Shown here: positions 1 through 10,400 of the stretch, piece after piece
Numbering within the stretch: position 1 is the first letter of the stretch
Layout: every line of letters starts with the position of its first letter
From: Dicyema japonicum
Lineage: Eukaryota > Animalia > Dicyemida
Length of the DNA stretch: 64,000 nt
Assembly (NCBI GenBank): GCA_011109175.1
Contig: RDEW01000081.1
Location: 7,152-71,151, forward strand
Direction of reading: 5' to 3'
Position numbers and translations under genes: made by a program
The notes under the pieces: generated by a model
The model's database searches: none
Seen by the model: the letters and a program-made list of their open reading frames with translations, nothing else
Told to the model about the DNA's origin: nothing

Positions 1-660
1 TTTCGCTTAAGTCCGACAGGTTCGAGATGGGAAACCAGCAACTACCAGACCGCGTTTACTAATATCATTTAGGGTCGCGTGCCTCTGATTTCTTTCAGGG
101 ATTTTTTACAGGAAATTGGATGGATTCCTTTTTGATCAATCACTTTCCCAAATCTGCATCGCTGAGCTTCACAAATATCTTGAGTCTTTCAATATTGAGC
201 GAAGTCTCGACGGCAGGGAGGCATTAGCAAACAACCATTATTCTCTATGCATGTGGAATGAAAGCAAGCGAGGCGGTGTTGGTTGAGGTTTTTGATAAGC
301 TCCAAAGAATGTGAGGCGAGTACTATTTCGTCTCAAGAGCTCTGAGGAAAATCGTCCACTGGGGAACAATAAGCCGACCCTTCTCATGCTGCTCGGGATA
401 CTGAGAAAGCCTCTTCGAAGGGAGATCTCGAAGTGTTGAGTAAAATCTCCAACGACAAGCCAACACGTGAAGCAAACGAAAAAAAAGCAGGGAGTGTATG
501 TCAGTCAAGATTTGAGGTCGGGGATACCCTGAGAGCTCAGGAGTTTTGAACTTCCTCCAGCCTTTATCGTCTAACAGCACGTCGAGGACAGCAGCCAAGG
601 CTGGCAGTTTGTAAAAGACTAGGTTGAGGGAACTACAAGCCGTAGTTGAGAAAACCATAA
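1..660 (-). mobile_element. Decayed CRE-like (RLE-type) non-LTR retrotransposon fragment
   Basis: Minus-strand translation near 1-60 gives ...LVSHLEPVGLKR, similar to the EP-GL-R-DG motif of the CRE endonuclease region also seen at 59280-59966. Upstream frames are interrupted by stops. Confidence 0.5.
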
Positions 661-1099
661 TGAACGGGTTTCTAGTATTTCTTGTCTAGTTAAGTGACTG
701 TTTGACAATATTATCCACATAGTATCAGGATGACAACATCATCCCCTATAGGACTGCTGGTTGAAGTACTCATTTTTAGGTTGGGGGATATAAATAGGCT
801 TAATAAAGCCGATGGGGTAGGTGAATTTCAAAAACTCCACTCCCAAAGAGACGTGATTTTGCATACATCTTACTTGTTCTCGTTTTCTCAGCAATAAGGT
901 TAATTCAATAAACCTTCCGAAGAAAGAAAATCATGTTGGCACCAGTCAAATAAGTTATTATAAAGTAAACACTGGAAATTAAGTGATGAGGAAGTATTAT
1001 GAAAAGATAAGTCTCCCCAAGAAATCTCTATACACAGGGTCGTCTCTGAAGATTAGTAACAGCTACTTTAATGCGGTTTACAAAACCTCGAATAAGATT

Positions 1100-1620
1100 T
1101 TTGATATTTCCGTCAACCTTGAACATTTTTCCTTTCAACCATAGGGGGCTTGCATACGAGACTTATTCCGAAAGCAAGCTTTAGAGAAAAATTACCCGTT
1201 TTCTCAAATTTCTTTAAAATTAAGTCTCTTCTTTTTGAGTCGTACCATCCTTCTAAACCATATAAAATTCCAGGAAGTATTGCGGATTTGAAGAAATAAT
1301 CAAAGGTCTCCGACTCGAGAGTAAATTTTATAACCCAGAACAGAGCATTCTTAGCGTTTTTCTATCGAATTTTAGCATGTTTCATAAAATTACCTCCTTC
1401 GTCAATTAGGAGGCCAAGATATTTCATAGTCTTATCTCGAAATATGTCTTGCAACGAGTTTTTTAGGTTAGCCAGCCTCCTGCATCCAGTTATCCTCACC
1501 AGAAAACAAGGCGCCTTTAACAGTGCCACAGTGACCTCGCACAAGTACTGGACAGAGAACTGGCCGATAGAAAGACATACTGCAGCGTATATCCGAATTA
1601 GTGACTTCAGAAACAATTAT
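1100..1620 (-). mobile_element. LINE reverse transcriptase C-terminal (thumb) fragment
   Basis: KTMKYLGLLIDEGGNFMKHAKIR*KNAKNAL...FKSAILPGILYGLEGW matches the KYLG..D..L.F..H / P.L.YG...W signature of LINE RTs. Confidence 0.6.
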
Positions 1621-1784
1621 TAATAAAATTTAAAAAATAGATTATTGGAATTGAAATTTTAATTACTGGTTCATTGAAGAAACGCAGAAAACCTTGCCCA
1701 TTGTTTTTGTCCGAAATCTTTAAAGAGAAGCAATCGATCTGAGATCTTTTTAAATAATTGTTAGATTTGCTTTTATATTTGATT

Positions 1785-2720
1785 TCTGTGATTTTTAGTC
1801 CGGTAGTTATGCTCCATAACGACCGTAAACCATTCTACGGGGACATGGATTGGGAGTTGTCTTGAGAGGGAGAAGGTTAGATGGACTATAGTACTTTGTT
1901 GCAACAGGACAGTATAGGAGAGTGGCGTTGCTGTTGATTTTTCAGGCTGCACCGCTTTGGCCATAGTGAAAGTGTATTGGTGGTGATGTACCTTAATAGC
2001 GAGATTTATCTATGTATCTTCATGACGTCTAAAAGTCTTATCTTAAATGGAAGACTCTGAAAAGTTGGATACACTATTTATGAACTAAAGAAATGTCGGA
2101 CATTCAACATCTTCGAGATCGGATTGGTCATTTTCAAATTTTACTTATGTAAGGCTTGATAGCTTAAATCTCTACGCAACATGAACTAATCTAGTACCGT
2201 CGCTGGTAGACTGTCGCAATTGTAATCCAAATTTAAAAGGGTCTTCAGAACAATTGGACTTACAACGTTCATCTTTTTGGAGACCTTTAATGAGGAAGTA
2301 TTTTAAAGGTGCAATTCACAACTTGTCTCCTAGACCCATTTTTTCAGCAGACTGAGGAAGATGATTTGTAAGAAAGCTTATGTATCTTGCAGCATTCATA
2401 TTACCCTCAATGGCTACCAAATGACCCACACCGTAATAAGAGAAACACCCCCAGAACATGATTTTTCCTAAAATTGAAATTTCAGTAAGGTAACCTTTTC
2501 CAAACATATGATTTTGCGCTATGAATTCCGGCTTCAAAGAGTCTTTCGCATATTTATAAACCATTGCGTTCTTTTTTGTCAGTCTCAGTTCAAATGAACA
2601 TTTATCAGAAAAGATGTAAGTTTTCCAAGGACTGGAAAAAAAACCTGTTATGTTCGGATATGGGGAAATATGGTGCAGACGTGGGATGCCTATAAGAGAC
2701 AAAAGTATAGGTTGGAATGG
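1785..2720 (-). mobile_element. Tc1/mariner transposase fragment joined to an unidentified segment (composite repeat, copy 1)
   Basis: ORF 2316-2702 contains FSDKCSF...IMFWGCFSYYGVGHLVAIEGNMNAARYISFL, the Tc1 DDE domain. Segment 1785-2260 recurs inverted at 20660-21110. Confidence 0.75.
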
Positions 2721-2744
2721 ACGAGCTACATGTAGACGAAAAAT

Positions 2745-2813
2745 TCAGGATAACAAAGGGAATATGATTTTTGAAGCAACGGAACAAGTCGAACTTATTG
2801 CTGCTCATTTTGA
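2745..2813 (+). mobile_element. Short RTE-clade LINE fragment running into a gap
   Basis: Reverse complement of about 19335-19405 (KGNMIFEATEQVELIAAHF), which lies within the RTE element at 17762-20530. Confidence 0.6.
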
Positions 2814-3161
2814 NNNNNNNNNNNNNNNNNNNNNNNNNNNNNNNNNNNNNNNNNNNNNNNNNNNNNNNNNNNNNNNNNNNNNNNNNNNNNNNNNNNNNNN
2901 NNNNNNNNNNNNNNNNNNNNNNNNNNNNNNNNNNNNNNNNNNNNNNNNNNNNNNNNNNNNNNNNNNNNNNNNNNNNNNNNNNNNNNNNNNNNNNNNNNNN
3001 NNNNNNNNNNNNNNNNNNNNNNNNNNNNNNNNNNNNNNNNNNNNNNNNNNNNNNNNNNNNNNNNNNNNNNNNNNNNNNNNNNNNNNNNNNNNNNNNNNNN
3101 NNNNNNNNNNNNNNNNNNNNNNNNNNNNNNNNNNNNNNNNNNNNNNNNNNNNNNNNNNNNN
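2814..3161. other. Assembly gap (N run)
   Basis: Run of N. Confidence 1.
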
Positions 3162-3174
3162 TTTTTTTCAGATA

Positions 3175-3880
3175 GAATTGACTTCTTCGACGTATTTGTA
3201 TTCAGAATATGATTTGCGTATTTTATCAGTTTGGTGTTCGCATCCGGCGGAGTAGGGAAATCAGAATGAAACACTTTGGACAGAAGGGGGCTCAAGACAG
3301 AGCCTTGTGGACCGCCCCTTTTCAATAGGATATCCTTTGATATATATTCCCCAACACGTACTCGGAATGTACGTCGTGTTGAGAAGTTTTTTATCCTTGT
3401 GTAGAGTTTCTTTTGGATGCTAGCATCCGCTAGCCTTGTCAGGAAGGATTCATGCCACACGTTATCGAAGGCTTTGGACAGGTCCAAACACACCAGGTTT
3501 GCCTCTTGAATTCCAGGCCCTTCAGTACCATCGAATGCATGTAATGGAGACAATCCGTTCAGGATTTTCAGGGTCTGAAGTGCTAGCAGCCGCTAGCCTT
3601 GTCAGGAAGGATTCATGCCACACGTTATCGAAGGCTTTGGACAGGTCCAAACACACCAGGTTTGCCTCTTGAATTCCAGGCCTCTCAGTACCATCGAATG
3701 CATGTGATGGATACAATCCGTGCAGGATTTTCCGGGTCTGAAGCCACATTGTTCTGCGATAAGGAAACAGCTCTCTTCTATGTGTTCGTTTAGTCTCTTG
3801 AAGATAATTCTCTCAGCAATCTTGGAGATAAAGCGGATTAGGCTGATTTGCCTATAGTTGAAGGGTCTCACCCCGACATC
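3175..3880 (-). mobile_element. I/Jockey-group LINE (family A) RT fragment with an internal 163-bp tandem duplication
   Basis: Motifs GFRPGKSCTD, NLVCLDLSKAFDNVWHE, GGPQGSVLSPLL and IKYANH. Segments 3420-3582 and 3583-3745 are duplicated. Confidence 0.85.
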
Positions 3881-4224
3881 TAAAGAGGTTAGGATGAGTT
3901 TATAAAGAATTAATAAATGATACCAATATTACCAATGGTAATCGGTCGTTTTAAAAATTGATGATCAAAATCCGAAATTAACGCCATTCCCAAATAATCC
4001 GAGAGACTTGGAAAATATTGAATCGGGGTCGAGGACATCACAACAGAAAACCCAGAAAACACAAACATGTCCTTCAAAACAAAAATTAAATTGCGGACGA
4101 GTAACGCCGTTATCAGCAAGCGAATCATCACTGCTGAACTGAATTGTTTTCTGGGACTCACAAACAAGAAAAAAAATCAAGAAAATTTTAAATGTTTTAG
4201 ATATTTCTTGGATTAATTAACATT

Positions 4225-4496
4225 TCTCCTCTTACTCTTAAAATAAAGTGTGACTTCTGCCAAAGGTGAGGTTTAAGTAATGGAAACATTACATCTCCTT
4301 TCGTAAGGGCTGTTAAGTAAATAAAATTATATCATTTCAATTAAATGAGTTTATGACAACTCTCCTCTTACTCTTAAAATAAAGTGTGACTTCTGCCAAA
4401 GGTGAGGTTTAAGTAATGGAAACATTACATCTCCTTTCGTAAGGGCTGTTAAGTAAATAAAATTGTATCATTTCAATGAAATGAGTTTATGACAAC
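4225..4496. repeat. Tandem duplication of a 136-bp unit (2 copies)
   Basis: tctcctcttactcttaaaataaagtgtg... starts at 4225 and again at 4361, with a few substitutions. Confidence 0.9.
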
Positions 4497-5303
4497 ATTC
4501 AATTTTAGATGAAATTGTCATCGGCTTTTTGTTTGTGACCTTGAGGCTAATTTTCCAATGATTTGAGAAAAACACATCGAAATAATCATTCCACCGGGAG
4601 ACATAGTAGGTAATTAAGTAGACATTTAGTGGAAAAGAGGTCCGACCAATTAACCAATTTACTATCTTATTCTATCCACTTGAAGCACATAAAAACAACA
4701 AAAATTTAATAATGAATTCGTGTATGAATTAAAGAGATGTGTATTAATTCCTTTTATGCCACCGATTAATGAACATCTGTATTATTTGTTAATGCTGGTT
4801 TTACTTTTTATATTCAATTCACTTCAGATTATTTTCCTAGCATTAATCTTTTTTTGAATAAAAACGTTTTAATACAAAAACAAACAGTTAACAACTAATG
4901 GCCAGTCTCATAATTGAGATCCCATTTCTCCTGACGATTTAAAGGAAATACGTTTTCAATTTAAAGATATATTAACTCAATTGGCAACAAATATTTATTC
5001 GATTCTGTCATAAAATAGTTATTTTGATAATTTACGAATATCGCTGATTAAGTTTTCCTTCGAACATTAAAGATTCTTCCAAAACAGAAGGACTTATTGT
5101 GGATTACGATAAAATACCATGAAATTCTTAAAGACGGTTAACATTGCATTATGAATAGGACTTTCTTGATCAATGAATTCATGAAAATAAATATAATTAT
5201 AAATTTAAAATAAATATCATTTGTTTCAAATTATTAAAAAAAAATTCATTAATATAACAAGTGACCTAAATTATACACATCGACGTGTTCATTTTACATA
5301 ATT

Positions 5304-6475
5304 ATGTTGTTGTTAATATTTTTGTCCTCAATCACGAATTTAAACTTTAAACATCGAATGTCGGTATATGCAAAAAGTTTATTAAAAAGTACACTTACAA
5401 ATGTATTTTATAAATAATAATGGTAGAAAAACAATTATTCAATTGAAACTATTTCTGACTACTTTTATGATGAAATGCCATTTACAATCGAAACAAATTA
5501 CTTGATCTACCAATTTTTTATTGAATTCTCAGACAAATTTTACAACATCTCAATAAAAATAGAATTAAATTCTAGTATTTAATAGTTAACACTCAAAGAT
5601 AATAAAACCTACACAAATACAACAAATCTTCCAAATATTAGACATGGAGATTATTACAGATGCGGATATATGTCCGTAAGTTTTGAGAATGGTTATACTC
5701 TCAAATTATATTCTTTGGTGTTAAAATACTACACTAACCAATCATATTCATATTTAATTGAGAAAGGTTTGACATAATTTAATTTAGCACATGACTGTGA
5801 TCCATCTAACGATCCAAATCTTCAATATTGGTATTTTATTGCGGAAAATCCTCTGAAAGGAATATTAAGTGGAAATTTTAGAATCACACGTTTTTATAAT
5901 CACACTGTTGAAATAGTAAATTGTATATTTTAATATTAGATTGATGATTCGACATTTATTTACGAGAATCTGGATTCGAAGATTAACTTTGATAACAATA
6001 GTGTTGAGTTATCTCTTAAGGGGCATAATTTAGAGATACTTTTTACATTTATTTTGTCTCAAAACAAATATTATATCTCCAATATTCAGATAGTCATCTA
6101 TGAAATCTATAATGGGTCTTGGAGTCCTAATAAGAGCAAATTGATTGATGTTGGAAATTCCTGTAACTTCAAATTGTCTCTTACTAAATTTTCTGATGAC
6201 ATATATGCTGAGTTTTCATCATTTAAGGCACAAATTCTTCAAAGTGAGTTTAATTCCCATTTTACTGGAAAAGGTTTGATTTTTCCTGAATTTTAGAGTC
6301 GGAGTGTTTTGAAAAAGAAACTCATGGAAAAAATACAAATTCCAATGATTCAAAAAATTTTATAATTATAGGAATTATGTTCTCTTTTCTAACACTTACA
6401 ATCATCGGACTCATCACATTTGTTACTCAATGCCGAAATATGAGAAGACAAATGGAATATCTTCCTGTTTTTTAA
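5304..6475 (+). CDS. LAMP-like type-I membrane glycoprotein, 6 exons with micro-introns (one donor is non-canonical, so possibly a pseudogene)
   Basis: ATG at 5304 begins MLLLIFLSSITNL (signal-like). Introns: 5403-5426 (24 nt GT-AG), 5562-5585 (24 nt GA-AG?), 5767-5787 (21), 5916-5939 (24), 6274-6296 (23). The spliced frame is open, with a YYRCG motif, a hydrophobic stretch FIIIGIMFSFLTLTIIGLITFV and a short tail ending EYLPVF* (YxxPhi). The LAMP assignment is inferred from architecture only. Confidence 0.6.
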
Positions 6476-7439
6476 CTGCTATTAAATTTCTCGTTGTTTT
6501 TTTATTTTAAATACTTTAAGCACGTTCATAATAATTTCGTAAATTATCCTTTTTCAGGTAGCTCTTATTTTGTTTTCTCTCTTAAGCATTAAGGTCTTCT
6601 GCATTTTCTCTTTTTTTCCGATATTGTGATTATAGGATACGCTCAGACAGGATCATAGTTTTTCTATTTTCTCTGGAAAAATTTGATTCGCAATATGGCA
6701 TCTGCATACACCAATTTGCACTTATAGAACTTTAAATAATCAAATACAACAGCCTCTGACCAGATTTTATGAGCAGACCGTTGTCGCCGAGACGAGTGAA
6801 GTCATAGGGCCTCAAAAATCTTTTTTTTTAAATTGCTTATGTCAATGATATCGATATTGAGCAACCTTCTATATAAATTATAACAATCGATTTTCCGTAT
6901 AATGACCTTGAATTTGTCAGCTACGAGAGATCTGATTCTATCTAGCAGAATCAACGACCTACTTCCTTTAAATTTCGACGTTTCCACGGCTACTGGTCAA
7001 AAATGAACTATCCACCGATATATAGTATTTCTTCAGCTTTAGGGTTTCAGCCTTCTTTGAAGCAGAGCCTGGGTTAGTTGTTGTCATAACAAGGTTGGAA
7101 GGAGAGAGGCTATCCACACATGTGGTTTAGCGATGATTTGTCAAAACAATCAAGTAATATGATAGAAAACAAATCCATCTATTTATTCACCGGGAGACAT
7201 AAATATTATTAATACTTCCAGGATCACTGGGTCAAAGAAAAGAAATAAAAAGTTCTCAACTAACTAAGTGATCCCAAACCACAAGAGAGAGGACGAGTCC
7301 AGTGTGGTCGAAAATCCTAAACAGCCCTTCTCATTAGATATGGCATCGGCTCAAAATTTTTGTATGATTGTAAATATTTCGATTGTGTATGGAATAGAGG
7401 GTAGTTTGGTAAACTAGTTTCCTTTAAAAATTCCTGTTG

Positions 7440-8060
7440 TAATTCGATTTAGAGAATTTCAATGAGCTGGATTTTGTGTTCTTGTCCAATTATCTTTATT
7501 GCGGTCTCCTCGAATGCAGATAGTTTCAATGAGGAGAATCGTGAAATCTGCATTGCTCACAGAGGACTTGCATACGTCATCATGGGTCGGATAAGTTGTT
7601 CATAAATCGTTGCAAGGCCACCAGTTTGGTCTCTAAGTGTTTTTGAGAGCACTTTTAAAATTCTCATTTTCCTCAGAGCTGAAGATACTATGTTCTCAAC
7701 ATGTCGGGTAAAGGTGAGTCCCTGATCAAATGTGAATCCAAGAATTTTCGGTGTTTTGTTGATAGGAATTGCCTCGTTCTTTATAAAGATTTTTGGTTTG
7801 ACACAGAGCTGTATTTTTTAACTGGCAAACAGCTTGACAGAAGGTTTTGTTACTGATGCGTCGATTCGCATCTTCGAGAGAATTAGTTTCTACCAACTTT
7901 TCAAGAATTTGTTGAGCGTACTGAGTCGCTGATTGAATGCTTCTGTCCTTGGAGGCAATAATAATATCATCGGCAACATTTATGGGAATTGGGTCATCAT
8001 TTATGGGAATTGGGTCGACATTTATGGGAATAGGGTCATCATTTATGGGATTGAGTGTAG
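7440..8060 (-). mobile_element. LINE RT 3' fragment (family C), palindrome left copy
   Basis: NVADDIII...KILGFTFDQGLTFTRHVENI...IYEQLIRPMMTYASP. Confidence 0.75.
7976..8052. repeat. 21-bp minisatellite (about 3.5-4 units; catttatgggaattgggtcat)
   Basis: Directly visible; the mirrored array at 16273-16345 has a different unit composition. Confidence 0.9.
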
Positions 8061-8439
8061 AGGTTGGTTTAGTTCTTAATGAACGATTGTTGATGCTGAA
8101 AGGTTTTTGACATTTTTTATAGATGATTGATACATAAAATTTAATTAAAATTTAAAAGTTTAACTATCTATAATTTGGCTTTTAATAAATTCAACATTTA
8201 AAAACGCTAAATGTTATTAATAATAACTAATAACATTGTTTCTTGTATTACACATGCTTTGCTATAACTATTATGGCAAGGCGATAAGTGCTGTAATAAT
8301 AATAAAAACGCTAAAATTCAGTCAGTTTCATGGTTGTTCGAACATACAAGGTAAATTACAATTTTTAAAGATGAAAATGCATACTCATTATTAAAGGAAT
8401 GCAACCTCATATGAATATATAAACAATTAATCACTTCCA

Positions 8440-10400
8440 CAGTCTAATGACTATTACACGTCAGAAAATTTGTGCTGGGTAAATTACGTCGCTACTCTGA
8501 TTATGAGGGAAGAGGTGGGTTTCTTCCTCCAATCAAACAATTTGCCTCTGTGACTATTACACGTCAGAAAATTTGTGCTGGGTAAATTACGTCGCTACTC
8601 TGATTATGAGGGAAGAGGTGGGTTTCTTCCTCCAATCAAACAATTTGCCTCTGCCTGGCATAGTCGAGGTACAGTTCTAAAATAATTTTAGAACTCCATT
8701 GGGATGCCAGACGTTCATTCGGGATACAGATTCGACATTGGAAACATGACAGCTTTTGATATGACGGACTCCAATGTCGTGGTCTCCCCCTGTCGAGTTG
8801 GATTCGATATAAACTGTGGAATTCGCCTAATCAGGACCAATTTGAGCAAGGACGTCGGACTTCAAAGGAACAGCTCGCCAGGCACTTTTTGACCACATCC
8901 CTGTCGGATTTGGGTCACGTGGTGTCGTTCCAACGACAGCCAAGTTGTTAACCTTATAATTCAGGGATCTGGAGGAGTCCCCCTTGGTGGGCATGGATTG
9001 GAGCATCAGACAAGATTTGATGCTCTATAGACACTCAAGGATAGTCATCGGCTGAGGATAAGGAGCATTGTGTGGAGTACAGTCGCATGCTAAGTCAGTT
9101 TCAAGGCCAAGAAAAGAGGTCTTCCTCAGCTAGCTAATTTGGGTGTGGAAAATCACTATGCGGAGATACAAGTAGTGGATTAAATTTACGACAAATTTGT
9201 CTCTTTCAAGATGGGGATCGACAGAGTAAGCCAAGTCTGTGTTATGATCCACATTGGAAGTCAAGGACTGGATTACCAACTAGCTATTGGTTAGTTCTTT
9301 GATTTAACCAAGATGCTCTGGTTCACATAGATAAGTCTATGAGAATAGACCAGATTGATGTGATTGACCCACAAATGCATATGCAAGGATCAGTTTAGTA
9401 GAAGGCAAGAATTATTTAAAGGCGATGGCTGCAGCGGCCAACTATTCCTTGGTGAACCGGTTCTCGATGACCTTTCTTATGCGGCAAGTTTTGTCCTCAG
9501 TCAATTGAAGATCTTCTACAAACAGTTTGATACTTTCCAGAAGTGTAGGAGATGCACGTGNAATAGACCAGATTGATGTGATTGACCCACAAATGCATAT
9601 GCAATGATCAGTTCAGTAGAAGGAAGAATTATTTAAAGGCGATGGCTGCAGCGTCCAACTATTCCTTGGTGAACCGATCCTCGATGACCTTTGTTATGCG
9701 GCAGGTTTTGTCCTCAGTCATTTGAAGATCTTCTACAAAAATTCGATACTTCCCAGAAGTGTAGGAGATGCACGTGGTATATGACGTCTCGCATAACATC
9801 GCTAAAATAGAGGAACATGTGGTTGATGAAAGACGGATGCAGCTTCTGGTCTATCGGAAGGGATCAGTCCGTCCCTTTCCGCATTAGCATCCCATGATTC
9901 TGCTGATTACCAAGTTTGCTAAAGTTTATATTTGAATGGCCATCCCAAGACGATGAGCACGTGTAGTTATGTGAGGAACATGTGGTTGATGAAAGACGGA
10001 TGCAGCTTCTGGTCTATCGGAAGGGATCAGTCCGTCCCTTTCCGCATTAGCATCCCATGATTCTGCTGATTACCAAGTTTGCTAAAGTTTATATTTGAAT
10101 GGCCATCCCAAGACGATGAGCACGTGTAGTTATGTGCTGACTGAGACAGACGTGGGCTTTACTGAGATATTAGGAACCACGAATCACCCGGCTGGAAGGG
10201 CTCTTTCCTGAGCGAAGGCGAGATGATGAAGATGTGTTGGAAGTAATGAGACAGAAGGTAATATCTAACAGAGTGGCCTCCTCCAAGTTGATAATGGAAT
10301 AGGCTTCCCAGTCAATTAAAGACGTTTCCGAAGTAGTCGACACATGTATATTAGTAAAAAGTGCTTCAAATTTCGTCCAATTGAAGTTATTAAAGGAGTG
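8440..10400 (+). pseudogene. rtcB: RtcB tRNA-splicing ligase pseudogene with micro-introns, stops, frameshifts and internal tandem duplications
   Basis: Motifs [74 protein letters not shown] and KFRPIEVIKG are collinear with eukaryotic RTCB. Introns at 8669-8691 (23 nt), 8944-8964 (21 nt) and 9290-9312 (23 nt); nonsense codons at 9181 and 9885. Confidence 0.93.

Noticed and set aside
7976-8052. CRISPR-like array
   Set aside because: The units are contiguous with no unique spacers, the context is eukaryotic, and there are no cas genes.
9345-9775. ~215-bp tandem duplication within RtcB
   Set aside because: The copies meet at a single N (9561), typical of unmerged overlapping contig ends.
8440-10400. 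RtcB as cargo of a prokaryote-like RT or defence system
   Set aside because: It has spliceosomal introns and eukaryotic-type motifs, and the neighbouring RTs are ordinary decayed LINEs.
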